NCBI GenBank assembly: GCA_965603825.1
Contig: CBFDEM010000027.1
Coordinates: forward strand, 310,001 to 374,000
DNA length: 64,000 bases
Source: Blepharisma stoltei ATCC 30299
Lineage: Eukaryota; Protista; Ciliophora
Reading direction: 5' to 3'
Position numbers and translations under genes: made by a program
In this document: piece by piece, positions 12,062-24,925 of the stretch
How the letters are laid out: every line of letters begins with the position of its first letter
Numbering within the stretch: position 1 is the first letter of the stretch
The notes under the pieces: model-generated
Told to the model about the DNA's origin: nothing
The model's database searches: none
Seen by the model: only the letters and a program-made list of their open reading frames with translations

Positions 12062-12250
12062 ATGGGATGCGGAGCTTCTAAGTGTGGGGTAAAAAAATTC
12101 AAAACTTCGGAATTGCTGTTTGAAGACCAAAATAGTAAAAAATTTGCGGCAGGGGTGACGATTCAAGATGAAAAGCAGGATGAAATCGTCATTGAAGACT
12201 TAAGTATAATACATTCACAAAGGATTAATACAAATCCTTCTACTCAGTAG
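12062..12250 (+). CDS. Small predicted myristoylated/palmitoylated protein, 62 aa
   Basis: MGCGASKCG N-terminus; AT-rich context before ATG; TAG stop. Confidence 0.6.
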   Translation: MGCGASKCGVKKFKTSELLFEDQNSKKFAAGVTIQDEKQDEIVIEDLSIIHSQRINTNPSTQ

Positions 12251-12637
12251 CGTGGAAAACCCGACAAATATCAAGTAAACTATAATTAATTTTTCTGGCA
12301 AGGAATCTATTCTTTTCCTGAATTATTTTAAAAATATTCTGTTTTTTAAATTTTGAGATTGTTTATGAAATTCATAATCAATCAAAACCAAATTTAGAGG
12401 AAAGTTTTTCAATGAATTTTCTTCTATACTGACGAACAAATGGGAGATTCCGATTTATTTAAAAGATTCTCAACAGCTTTTATTTAGATGAATTTATAAA
12501 TATTTGGCATTTATATTATTTTATGAATTCTATAAAATTTGGCAAAGAGGTGTATAATATCAGTTAATTCATTCAACGTCTTAATTAAATCATATCAAGA
12601 AGCATATTTAATTATACTACAATTAATTAAATTACAT

Positions 12638-14806
12638 TTACTTTTGCTCTGGCCGCTTTGCCTTTAAAAACTTTCGATCTGGAAAAGCGCCCAAATTAAA
12701 AGTTCTTTGTGATGTATTAGGAAATGGATTCTCAAAGGGGTTTTTTATTTCTTGTGTAACACTTGCAACCCTACTCATATTGATATCAATATTAGGGATA
12801 GGAAAATTGGACTGAATTTGCTGATTTGATCTAGCTTGGGTGCTTTGGGATTGAGAGATTCCAAATTGAGGCTGATAAGCTATAGGAGCAACTGTAGGAG
12901 GCTGAGTAGTGTTTTGAATTAAAGGATCAAAAATTGAAGAACTTTGGTGGAAATTGCTTTTAAATGGCTTAGATGAAGATAATTGAGCAGCATCGGCTGA
13001 GGTGCGATATGAATTAGGCAGAGAATCTGAAAAAGATGTGATTAAAGGAGTATTATTTATTGACATAGGCTGGCTATATTGAATTGAGCCTGATGTTGAA
13101 GTAGCTGTTTTAAGGCTTTGAAATGGATTGATATCGACATTTAAAGAATTTGCTGGAGCTAAAGGAAGCTGGCTAAACGGGTTGGTTGAAAATGAGTTGT
13201 TCTGGCCACCAAAAACAAATAAAGGCTTTACATAATTTTTTTCATTATTTATATTGGCTGCAGATGAAAATGATGATAAAGGCAGTTTTGATAAAAATGG
13301 ATTTGAAGATGTTGTAGAAGAAATATCAAACTTTTGTAGCTGCCTTTTATCTTCCTCAATATTTGAATCTGCTTTATTGGCTTCTAATTTTTTATTAGTC
13401 TGCTCTGGCATCTTGAATAAATTTATTATTGGCTGATTTTTGGCTGCCTCATAAATTTTCGATTCAAAAGGATTCAAAACAGAATCATTCTTTATGAGCA
13501 ATTCAGATTTCCCAGGATGTTCAGCTGTTTTCTTGTCAGACTCTTTACTTTTCTCATCCTTATCAAAATTGGGAGTCGAATGCTCAGTTTTTACAGATTC
13601 CATCTCAACCTTTTCTTTTTCTTCATTTTCATTGATTTTTTCAAGTGCTTTATTATTATTTTTTACAAAAAATGAATTTGAATCATTCGAATTTTTTGTC
13701 GGAGAAACTGCATTTAATTCTTGAGATTGGCCACCAAAGCTTACTGCAGGTGATGAAGGCTCTTCAATATTTTGACTTCCAGCTTGCATGCTTGATTCTT
13801 CTGAAGACTTTTCTTTTTCTTCTTGTATATTTTCTAAGTGAATTGATTTAGCGTCCCCTAGTATCATTTCTACTGGCTTTTGTTTAGTTTCCCCTTTAAA
13901 AGATACTTCTGTGGATCTTTGTTTAGTTTCCTCTTTCCAATTTTTTTTTAGTTGCAATGTTGAATCGGGGTCGGGCGCCTGACTAGTTGACTGATTCTTA
14001 AAATCAGAGGATTGCACTTTGTTGAGATTCCAAATTTCTTTTTCTGTATCTTTTACGATTTTAGTCTTTGCTATGTTTTCGTCTTCCTTTATAAATTTGC
14101 TATTGTCATTTTTTTCTGGCTCGTCTTTAAAGTCGCAGGACTGAATTTTGTTAAAATTTTCTTTTTCAGCATCTTTGATGATTGTCACAGTCTTCACTAT
14201 TATTTCTTTTTCCTTTCTCATTATGCTATTGTTATTTTTTTCTGGCTCATTCTTGTTTTGCTTATCTGTTAACTTGATGTGCATTTTCCTTCATGGCGGA
14301 ATTTTAATTTTATTTTCAGGGATAATTGGCTTAAACGATTCTCTCTCTACTGCAGTCGATTGCTCAGAATTTATCACACTTAGCATTAAACTTTCTTCTT
14401 TTTTCAATCTTTTTGCTTGATAAGGCGTAATTTCTTCAAATGGCCGCTTTAACTCCGAATCTCTTATCTCGAATCTTCCTGGGGTGGGGGCTGAAGTTCC
14501 AGTATCTGTATGAAGAGGCTTTGGCTGAGATATACTATCTTCTATGAACTCAGAAATAGGATAAATTTTTTTCAAGCTTGAAAAGGCATCTCTTGAAATC
14601 ACTCCTATTTGGGCGGGGGGGAAAATATAGTTTCAAATGCTTGAACAAGCTGAACTTAAAGCAAATTTAGCACGTTTTATACCAAGTTTTAATATAGAAT
14701 AAGGTCCTTCGTTTTGTAAAAAAGCACCTTCTGCTGATTCTGCTAATCGTCGTGTAATTTCGCAGTGTGGAGGCGATAGAAATCTATAGCCAATTCTATG
14801 AGACAT
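12638..14806 (-). CDS. Putative Nup153/Nup1-like nuclear basket nucleoporin, 722 aa, largely disordered (two TGA=Trp)
   Basis: ATG 14806 (MSHRIGY), joined through TGA 14633 and 14291; bipartite NLS-like KRPF..AKRLKK, S/N/Q-rich C-half with FVFGG, QFG and six NPF, C-terminal FNLG...RKFLKAKR tail. Confidence 0.55.
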
Positions 14807-14869
14807 CTTAATTATAACTATGAAGAAAATGAGGGTAATTTTATATAAAAATTTATAAAAAGGAGGGAA

Positions 14870-16456
14870 ATGATGCTTGTCCAGGACTACAGATTCAAAC
14901 ATAGAAATGACAAATTTCTGCAAGGATTTAATGAAGAAGAAATGAAAATCAAGCACGAGAACTTTAATGTCGAGCTCAGAAGAAACAAGAGAGTTGAAAA
15001 AATGATGAAGAAAAGGAAAATAATATCAGAAAACGCTGCGGATAAAGAACAAGAAAATTTGTATAGGAGTGTAAGCCAAGATTTGCAGAGTTACTCTGCA
15101 GGACTTTCAGACAGGAATTTGAGTGATTTCGACAAGTTAAGCAGACTGACTGAAATAATTCATAGTGATCCGCCTATGAATGTGCTTGCAGCTGCTTTGA
15201 CAGCTATAAGGATCATGATATCTGTAGATAGCCCACCTGATATGGGGATTCTTATTCATTTGGATTTCCCTTTAAAGTGTATATCACTGCTCGACTATTC
15301 TAATGGTGCTGCTGTTGTAAGTGAAGCAGCTTGGACAATATGCAATATGGTTTCAGGTAAGCATGAATATGCTGAGGTTTTAGTAAATTTAAGTGTAATT
15401 CAAAGACTTATTAGGATTATTTCACCTGATTATCCATTAGTGTGTGAGCATGCAGTTTGGGCTATAAGTAACCTTTGTGGAGATTGTATAGAATTTGCTG
15501 AAGAAGTGCTAGAAAATGGGTATTTAGAAAAAATCATGAAAATTAAGCATATTTGGACTTCACAAAATATGGAGCTTGCATCATTGATTAATTGGAGCAT
15601 CCACAATATTTCATTAAGAGCAAAGGATCTGAATCCAATTGGTATCATAAATGTTATAGAGATTGTTAAAGAATTGATAGTAATTGACAATTTACAAATT
15701 TTTCATAGCTGCCTATGCGTTTTATCAAATATTGCGAACCTAGATAATGAGAAAATTCAATTAATTGTGGATAATGAGTTTCATATATATGGGTTTGAAG
15801 GACTGAAATCAAACCAAAATTGCATTATTTATGACAGTTTAAAGTTTCTTGGCATTATTTGCTCAGGAAATCATGATCAAACACAAGTAATTATTGATCT
15901 TGGGATCTTGGATATTATTGAAACTTTGATTGATAATGAGTGCAATCAGATAGATGATGAGATTTATTTTACTCTCGCCAATATCGCTGCAGGAAACAGC
16001 AGCCAGCTTGAACTATTGCAAAATCATAGAATTTTTAAGCGAGCTATAAAAGGTCTAGCTCATAATTCTCCGAAATCTCGAAAAGAAGCAAGTTTTCTAT
16101 TTTCAAACTTCTGCAAGCAAGCTAAAAATTTCAATAAATTAGAGCTTGTAGAGTTAAATATTTTTTCATCACTATCTCAGGCATTAGACTTTAATGATCC
16201 TGATATCACAAATAACTGTTTAGACATAATCTATCGCATCTTTACAGCATGAAATGCTGAAAAATACTACATAAACTATGATATCAAAGATTTATTTATT
16301 AGTGCAGGATGCTTAGCTAAGCTTGAAGCTTTAACAAACCATATGAATGAAAATATTTCTGCAATGTCTTTACACATCATCAAGGAGATCTTTGAAAATA
16401 ATGAGCCTGAAATAGTATTTGAAGGCGATTCAGTGTTTGACGATGTCATTAATTAA
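14870..16456 (+). CDS. Importin subunit alpha (divergent), 528 aa
   Basis: IBB (VELRRNKR...KKRK), ARM repeats (EAAWTICN, EHAVWAISN, LANIAAG); continues through TGA 16250 to GCLAKLEAL..H.NE and TAA 16454-16456. Confidence 0.9.
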
Positions 16457-16522
16457 CAATAATTATACTTATATAATAGAAAGTGATTTCCTTTATAGCC
16501 GCCAATAAGTAAATATTTTTAA

Positions 16523-17431
16523 ATGGAAAGTAAAAGTGAATACCTGCTCAAAAAAGAGGCTGAGCTGAGACGCATAAATGACGAACTTGAAGCTGAGTTT
16601 CAGCGAGCCCAAATGGAGCAAGACATTGATTACCCTTTGTCTGATAATAAGCCGTCAAAAGATATTCAAGATAGCTATGATTATGAAGAAGATGAAGTGG
16701 AAGATAAACAGGAAGAAGACTATAAGGAAGAAGAAGAAGAAGATTCAAAAGAAAAACAATTCGATACTGGATATTACCAGCCTCAAGAACTTGGAGCTTT
16801 ACAAGAAGATTTATCTGAAGCACAATCGATCATCAAATTTCAAAAAGCCCGAATCCAAGCTTTGCAGGAAGAACTCAACGAAGCAATGTCAACAATTAAT
16901 GACCAAGCTCAACAGATAGAAAACCTGCAAGGCTACAACCAAGCTGCCTCAGAAGATACCAAAAAACATTCTCAGCAGCTTCAAATCATGTCGCAAAATT
17001 TTGAAAAAATGAAAAAGCAGTTCAACGAAGCCCAGCAGAAAAATAATTTGCTTGAAAAACAAATAGTTGAGCTTGAAAAAGAAAACTCTCTGTTAAAAGC
17101 CAACGAAAAACGTTCCTCAAAGGATGCATCTTCTAGGGATGTAAGACTTAATAGACTGATTGAAGAGGTGGAAAGGTATAAAAATCAAATAAAAGAGCTA
17201 AAGGCTAATGAAGGAGACTCTAATGAAAAAAACCGAAAAGAAATAGAAAGGCTGAACCAAGACAATAAAAGATTAGAAAGGCAGAAGACTGAAATTTTGA
17301 CTGCGTTTAAAAAACAATTAAAACTGATTGATATTTTGAAGAGGCAAAAAATACATCTAGAAGGAGCAAGACTATTGGCATTTACTGAAGAAGAGTTTAT
17401 GAAAACTTTGGAGTTAGGTGATAAGCTTTAA
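16523..17431 (+). CDS. TEX9: TEX9-like coiled-coil protein
   Basis: RDVRLNR..EE.E.YK and C-terminal AFKKQLKLIDILKRQKIHLE.A.LL.FTEEEFMK.L signature. Confidence 0.85.
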   Translation: MESKSEYLLKKEAELRRINDELEAEFQRAQMEQDIDYPLSDNKPSKDIQDSYDYEEDEVEDKQEEDYKEEEEEDSKEKQFDTGYYQPQELGALQEDLSEAQSIIKFQKARIQALQEELNEAMSTINDQAQQIENLQGYNQAASEDTKKHSQQLQIMSQNFEKMKKQFNEAQQKNNLLEKQIVELEKENSLLKANEKRSSKDASSRDVRLNRLIEEVERYKNQIKELKANEGDSNEKNRKEIERLNQDNKRLERQKTEILTAFKKQLKLIDILKRQKIHLEGARLLAFTEEEFMKTLELGDKL

Positions 17432-17470
17432 TAACTTTAATTATAAGAAGATTAATCTGCGTATATGAAA

Positions 17471-18193
17471 TTATGCGTCACCTCTATTTTTCTTGCCCTT
17501 TGTTGCTAAGACCATACCTTTTGTAGGCTTCTTCGGCAAGATCTGTGTAGTTTGGGTGTTTTGGATGCTATTTTCAATCACTGTAGGGCTTGGTATGCTT
17601 GGAATTTCAGGCTTTGTCATATATTCTGGCTCTTCTTGAACGCTTCTTCTTTCTCTTTTTCTTTCTTTGTCTTCTACAGCTCTCTTTTTATCGAGCTCTG
17701 ACTGTTTTCTTTTTGCTAGCTCTTTAGCTTCCTGCATCATTGCTTTTTGTTTTTCCTTATGAAGCTTTTCTTCAGCACTTTCCATTTCGCAATAAGTCAG
17801 CATTTGGCCTAGTGTAATACTTTCCCTATAGCCTTGAGAAATCACATCATCGAATGCTCATACGATTTCGAACGAATTTTTCAAGATATTGCCTTCGTCC
17901 AATCCAAAGGGACAATAGTGCTGGATTATCTTAGATAGAAGACGAAGAGTTTCCAGATCTTCTACAATATTGCTGTCTTTAGATGTAGTGAGGACGAGAT
18001 ATAAATCTTCAAATGGGAGATAAACAAAGCGAGCAGACTCATTCTCTATGAAAGTGTGCTGGACATTTGGGTCTATCATACGGACAAATGAATTTAGGAG
18101 ACCTTCGATGTGTCCTTTAGAGATTTCAAGAAATTGCCTTGCGAGAAGAATTCTCCTATTCTTGGTGACTAGGCCAGCTGATATTACCACCAT
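17471..18193 (-). CDS. ARCN1: Coatomer delta subunit, short form (longin domain + helices, no mu-homology domain), 240 aa
   Basis: MVV.SA...RQF..I...IEGLL.SF, QHTFIE, SNIVEDLETLRLL, then TGA 17858-17860 followed by AFDDVIS.GYRE, EMES.EEK, KGMVL; TAA at 17471. Confidence 0.88.
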
Positions 18194-18524
18194 TTTAATT
18201 AGACAAAGGTAAAATATGAAGAATTGGAAAATTGTTCAAAAGAAGCCTTTATTTTGACGAATTAATATAGCAATTACTCTATTAATTTGAACTATGAAAT
18301 ATTGATTGTTAATTTTTTAATTTTATAAATGCATTATTAAATAAACTAAAAGTCTTTAAATGATTTAAAAATTAGGTATTATCTTCTTTATTATTCAGAT
18401 CAAAAGGATAATAATGCGATTAAATTAGTTCATGCAGTGAAATTAAAATATAACTATATTTAAGATCTAGAGAATATTTAGCTCTTTTTTATTTATTATT
18501 ATTTCTGATATTATTATAAAAAAT

Positions 18525-18911
18525 ATGTCAGACTGTTTAGATCTGTTGTCGCAGATTCGTGATCCTCGTAGTATTAGAAGAAGGAATCGAAATTTCAAGA
18601 AAAGGTGGAATTTCAAAGAATCTGTAATTAGAAATCAACATATTGAATACAGAAATCGCCAAAGAGCTAAAGCTGATGAAGCAAAAAAATCCTCGAAGCA
18701 AATAAAAAGAGAGCAAGATGAATTTCAAGCAATTCAAGATGCTTACAAAGCAAAGATTGCTTTGAGGGATCTTGAGAATCTTAAGAAAAAATTGGCAATA
18801 GAAGGAAGAGATAACAGCCAATTGAGAAAAATTAATATTATTGAAACCTTGGCAATAAGGAAAGAAGAGCTACAGAAGAAGTATATGAAATATTTAATTT
18901 CTGCTTATTAA
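18525..18911 (+). CDS. Basic helical hypothetical protein, 128 aa
   Basis: Intact ATG-TAA ORF between AT-rich spacers. Confidence 0.6.
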   Translation: MSDCLDLLSQIRDPRSIRRRNRNFKKRWNFKESVIRNQHIEYRNRQRAKADEAKKSSKQIKREQDEFQAIQDAYKAKIALRDLENLKKKLAIEGRDNSQLRKINIIETLAIRKEELQKKYMKYLISAY

Positions 18912-19129
18912 TCCTTATTAAAGATGAGGATTTATAGAAACTGTTAGCATCTGGCAGTGTTTTAATAACTGCCATAGTGTAAATAATCTAAGAATTATTT
19001 CTTTAATATTTGAATTTATCATAATTCCAGTATTGCTATTAATAACAATTGGGATTAGTCGTAACCTTTTCCTCCAATATTCAACAGAAAAGTATTTCAT
19101 TTAAAATCATCTCAAAATTTTAATTTAGA

Positions 19130-20629
19130 CTACATAAATTCAATGTGCATCTCAACGAGCTGAACTAGGCTCTTCAAATACGAGTCCAGTTTCTTTTCTT
19201 TGTCTTCATAAATATTCAATTTTTTCCTCAAATCTCGTCCTTCCAACTCAAGTTGGCTTGCTTTCGATTTTAGCTCTGAAATCGTTTTTTTGTGTTTTTC
19301 GATTTCTTCGTCCAAAACTTTTTGCTTTTCCTCAAGAGGGGTTAGTTTTTTAGGTGGCTTGGGGATTAAGCTCTGTACGTTCGGCACTGCAATCCATCCT
19401 TTTTTCTTCCATTTTTCTGTAGATATGTCTAAGGTTTTTTCTTCCTTATTAGGAAGAAGCATGCTGATACTCAAATTAGTAAGGACTTTGGTCTTATTTG
19501 GGTCATTTATTACTCCATCGAATGACAGGTCTAGATTAAAAGGAGAAATCGATCGAGAGTGTGAAGCTTTTTCATCAAAAGAAATATCACTTTGCCCGGG
19601 GGAATCTATATATAAGGTAGACGTATTTTTTGTGATTGCATGTGTAGCGTCTAAATGGTCTGAGTATTTTTCCACAAAAGTCATTCCTCTTCGGACTCTA
19701 TTGCATTTTGAATTCGATATGGAAATTATTTTTTTGGATTTCTCATTAGAAATTTGAGTTTTAAGTCTATTGATCTTTACATCAAAAGCATCAACATTAG
19801 ACCCTGAAGCGGCTTTTTGGAGTTCAAGAGTTTTTAATTGCTCTTGCAATTGATCAATATTGGAGTCGAATATATCTCCTTGAAAAGATGACCAGCCCCC
19901 TTTTGCACTTGAAATTGATATATCTGGGGTAGTTGATGCATTCCTATTAGGGGTCAAAGGATTTTCTAGAAGGAGCGACTTACTTTTACTCAGGGAAAAT
20001 TTTCTTGGAGAGTAATCCTCTTCTCAATTTCTAACATATGGGGATATCGGGGTAATTGGCCTTTCATCATTGATTTCTTTATGAGCAATGATATCAGCCA
20101 ATAAATTTGTGATTTGTTCCTTGAATTTATTTTGCTCTTCTTTCCTTTGATTCATGACCCTTTGATAGCACTCTTTTTGCCTGATAATTTTTAATTTTTC
20201 GTCTTTTATAAGGAGTGCTTCTTTCTTCAATTCTGCTTCTTTTTCATCAAGTAATTCATTTCTTTTAATTAAATCAAGCTCTTTTTCTGACAGTTCTGCA
20301 ATTTTTTGCTTATAATAAGCTTTAATTTCTTCAACTTCTTGGACAAGTCATTTTCTCATCAGGTCATAATCTTGCTTTGAATAAGAATTTATATCATAAT
20401 CAGCAGTATCTTGGGTACTCAAAACAGTGGTAAAGCTTGAGTTGAGATCTACAAATTCCCCATTATTTGCTTTACCGAAATCTGGTCGATCTGACACGTT
20501 TAAGTAAGATCCATTGGAACTCTTTGATAAATTAGATGGAGATAAGAGTTTTGGACTTGAAATTTTTAAAGATTTGTCATCGAAAATGAATCTTTGAGGA
20601 TCTTCGTTGAATAGCTTCTTTTTGGACAT
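19130..20629 (-). CDS. Coiled-coil hypothetical protein, 499 aa (two TGA=Trp)
   Basis: ORFs 20348-20629, 20024-20230 and 19130-19957 join in frame through TGAs; TAG stop. Confidence 0.8.
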
Positions 20630-21879
20630 AGATTTAAATATATGATAATGCTAGAATTATTATAAACTTCCAAATTATTAGGTAAAAGATCAGTTATTCG
20701 AAGAATTCAAAATACTAAATTAGGAGAATTAAAGCTGCTTATGAGTTGATATCAGAAATTTTTGTGCTGGATCAGTTAACGAATAGATTATAATTACTTG
20801 ATTACTGATAAATTTTAATAAAATTAAAAGAGTTCAGAATTATATAGGAAATTTTTAATCATAATTCAAATTTAAGAGCTATCGATGTTATTTTCTTAAA
20901 CTTCATTTTCTCAAAATTTATTTAGATTTAAAATTTCATATTAAATTTTGATTAAATTGATTGGACATTCATTTTTATATTAATTTTTAAAATTATCACG
21001 ATAGCATATTTTCCTGTATTGCTATTTACTGTTTTATTGCAGACTAAGTCTTGAATGACAGAATTGAACTTTTATTACTAAATAAATAATAAAAGAAGAG
21101 AAGAGATAGCAAGTGCATTAAGTATTTCACAGTTTTATATTAAATTATGTAAACTTTTTGAAGCTCTAACATATAATGTTATTGATCGTTTGAGTTGAAT
21201 GCACATTTCACTATATCATATATAGTTTAAATTTAATTGCAATAAATATTTTCATCATGTTATTAATTGCACTAAGAATAAGCAAAGTTAGTAGATTCCT
21301 ATTTATAAGAGTTTTCACTAATTTCCAATTTATAATAACAGTCTCTATTAAAGAATAAATAGTTGAAAATTTAATAGATAATTATTGTCTTTGGAAACGT
21401 AGCTTTTGGCAGTTAAACAAAATTTAAATATTAAATTTTGATTAAAGCCCATATTTTGTAAACGTTTTAAATTGGCATTCAATTATCAAATTGTCATTAA
21501 ACATTCTTTATATGGCTCAGTTAAGCCTAAAATTTTATATTTTTAATTGCATCTTGCTCATTGTTAAGGCGTTTGAAATATATGCCAATAATTAATTAAC
21601 TCTAAGCATTCTAATTATATAAAAGCTAAAAATTAATAATTTAAAACTAACAATATTTATTTTGTACATTTTGGAATCTTACGTTATTATTAACACAATT
21701 TGTTCATATTGTCTTTTGCAGCTATTTTCAACCCTTTTTTATTTTATCGGAAATGCCTTCTTACACTTGCTACTGCTCAATTCATATTTATTTTTCCTAT
21801 TCATTATGTTTTGTAAAGAATTATTATGCTTGTATATATCAATACCATCAGCTCTAAAAATGCATTACTATATATTAAA

Positions 21880-23022
21880 ATGGGTAAGTGCGTATCAAAA
21901 CCTAAAAAATCACGAAAATCTCTCCCCCAGCCAAAAAATGAAGAAGAAAAATTCATCTCAAATCCTAAAAAATCAGTATCTCCAGTTTCATCATGTTCTG
22001 ATCTAAAGTTGTCCCGTCATAAGCGAAACATTGAAAACCTAGAAACACAGGAAGACCAATCATCTGTTCATAAATCAATAAGTTCTTCATCTTTTCCTTT
22101 TTCATCCTTTGAAATGAGCTCAGGACTTCAAGAAAATCCTTCAATTCAAATATCTCATTTAAAAACTGGGTCAAAAATTTCAATGGATTTTAATCAGCTT
22201 TCAAAAGTCAGTACTGAGCATAAAATGCTAAAGAAAATTGCAAAAAGATTAAATGAATTAGTTAGAGCTTATCATCGTGAACGAAATTACTTTCCTTCTA
22301 TAGAATTATTGCAATTACAAAGCGAAATTTATTTGCATTTAGGGATGTATAGAGAATATAATACAAGTGTAGGGGATTTGATTTTAGCTGTAGTCATTGA
22401 TGGAGAAAATGCAATTGGGAGTAAGTTGCCTGTTTTGATTGAGCCTATTGATGAAAGGACAAAACTATTAGTTTCAGCTTGGAAGTTTTTTATTGGTAAT
22501 GAAAGGGAAATAGAGGAAGAAAATTTGAGGAATATTGGAGTTTTTGATATAGCGGATTTGATTGAAATGGCTGAGAAATTGGACACAGCGTGCATCAAAA
22601 CTGTAGAATTGCCAGAAGCATTAATAAATATTGGTCATATTTTTAGAATCTGATTAGGCTCTCCTGAAGAAGCTTTAAATTTTTATGAAGAAGCAATGAT
22701 GGTTGAGCCAGAAAATGCCTGCATTAACTTTTATCTTGGATTAACTTATAAAGCACTTAATGATTGAAAATCCGCTATAAGCCAGTATCAACTTGGAATT
22801 AACAAAAATCCTATGTACTGTGACTGCTATTTTAACCTTGGAAATATTTATTTAGAAGAAGAAAACAACCTAAAATTGGCTGAACAAAATTATTTAATTG
22901 CATTAGATTTATGCCATAGCCTAAATAACTGCTTAGTAACTCCTGATAAAATTAATTCAATGCTCGAAAAATTGTATATGCTAAATCACATATCAATTTC
23001 AGAAGAATCAGAAAAATCTTAA
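21880..23022 (+). CDS. N-acylated TPR-repeat protein, 380 aa (two TGA=Trp)
   Basis: MGKCVSK start; through TGA 22651 and 22765 gives TPR motifs (EALNFYEEA..VEP, FYLGLTY.AL.DW..AI..YQ..I..NP, YFNLGNIY). Confidence 0.8.
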
Positions 23023-23146
23023 TTGTTTATAATAATTAATTTTGGTCATTTATCTTTAATAATAATTATATTAGCATAGCAACAATAAAAAACAAAAAAG
23101 GTTTTGCTGAATTAAATGATTGATTTAATTAATTATATGAGAATAA

Positions 23147-24623
23147 TTAAAATATTGAGCACGAAAAACATTTGCAGTAAACTGTCTCAGTTTCAAGTTT
23201 CAATATTGTAGGGATAGGGCTAAAAGTTTCAGCTCTTGGGGTATATCTTTCCTCAGATGTGAAAGTCGAAAACATATTTTCGATTGCTGAGTTTAGAATA
23301 TATCTCTGAGCTGCTACAGACCTTTTGTCACTTAGCTCTTCATCAACTTCATTTGTATAAAAATATGGTTCGGACTTTCTGGTTTCTTGAGTATCCAAGG
23401 TGCTCGTTCTTCTATGCTCTTTATTGTTAGAAACTTCCTGAAAGCTTCTTAATTCTTCAAAAGAACTGAAAGATTCCTTGCTAAATCATAAATTATTCTG
23501 AATTCTCGAAGAAGACAGAGTGTTTGGATTTGTACTTTGGGTTTCATTAATAGGCTGGAGGCAAGAAGCATTATTTGAAGGGGTCTGATCCATTAAATCT
23601 GATTTAGAGTACTCAAAACTCAATGTCATACTAATAGATTCCGAGCATGATTTCAGCTCTTCTGTTAACTTTATTATTTCACCCCCATCTTCTTCCATAA
23701 ATTCTTTTGCATCTTGTTTTTCTTTTTCCTTTGGGTTTTTATTATTCATATCTTTTATATAGCTAATAGGAGATATTTCTTCAAAAATTTCTATTGTAGG
23801 CTCTTGTTTTGCTTTCGCCGTATAATTTTCACAATTTTCTAGTTTTTCTGCAGGCTTATGTACACTTGTGGATCTTTGCCTTTTGAAATTTTCAAATCTT
23901 TTGGCAAATTCTGGAGCTGATACAGAATTTTGCTTTTGAAAATTGTCATTTTTGGATTCAATTCAGCAGCAATTATCAATTAAATTTTTTCCTTCCTGCA
24001 AAAGTATAAGGATTTCCTTTGAGGATTTTTTTGAGTGCGAGTAGACAAATTTGTTAATGTCACTAATTAAACTGTAAATACAGGAATCATTATTTGCGAT
24101 TTTTTGTAAAAACGCTAAATTTTGGAAGTCACTTTTTATTGATAGCCTAAAAAATGATAAAGTTTGGTAGGATTTTGGATAGTTTCCAATTAGCTAAATA
24201 ATAATTTACTTTATAGGTTTCAGCACGATTGGTTTCAATAAAGTCATTTATGTCGTCATTAGTTTCAAAGTTTTCATTTTCTGTGTAAATGAAAATTACT
24301 CTGTTTTCTTCATAAAGCTTTATTAAAATTCTTAAATCGTCCAATAAAAGTAACCCTTTCTCTGATTTTGATTTATTTTCTTCTAAATCTTCTAAGGTTT
24401 CTACGGTACAAAAATTCTGCGATATTATATTTCTGAATAGCTTTTACTTTATGAATTTTTCAGCGAGAGTTTTATTGATTTCAATTTTATATTCCAAAGC
24501 TAATAAATCAAAAAGGTATATATCTTTGGTCAACTCTATGTTTAATTCGGAATTTATCCTTAAATCTTCAAAATTTTTTTCGTTAAATGTCTCAGGGCCA
24601 CAATCCTTTATTTCTCTTTTCAT
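23147..24623 (-). CDS. Hypothetical protein, ~481 aa, C-terminal CaaX (CKCFSCSIF); two tiny introns and two TGA=Trp
   Basis: ATG 24623; removing introns 24433-24447 (15 nt) and 24194-24209 (16 nt) gives one open frame to TAA 23147. Confidence 0.75.
24194..24209 (-). other. 16-nt spliceosomal intron
   Basis: GTAAATTATTATTTAG on minus strand; removal supplies the frame change needed for the long downstream exon. Confidence 0.85.
24433..24447 (-). other. 15-nt spliceosomal intron (CAG acceptor)
   Basis: GTAAAAGCTATTCAG; removes the in-frame TAA; TA at -7/-6 as in the other introns. Confidence 0.75.
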
Positions 24624-24925
24624 TTTTATTACTAACAATAAAAAGTTTTATATTAGCTTGTGATACTCTGAATGATTAATAGCAAAGGCTTATTAAAAAT
24701 AGATAAATTAATTTCCCTTTTATTAATTAGCAAAATCAGTTCTTAAATAATTCAAATTATAAACAAATTCGATGTCATAGCATATATGCATGTCAAACCT
24801 TTTTAAGCTAAAATATACCTATAATATAAAAGGTTAAGCATTAATTTGTCTTTGCACTATTAAAAAATTTTATGAAGCATCATGATATCATGCATAAAGC
24901 CTTATTAATTATAGCTATATATAAG

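Noticed and set aside
20630-21879. Long AT-rich spacer as retained IES or transposon
   Set aside because: No terminal inverted repeats or coding remnants visible; an IES cannot be called without MAC/MIC comparison.
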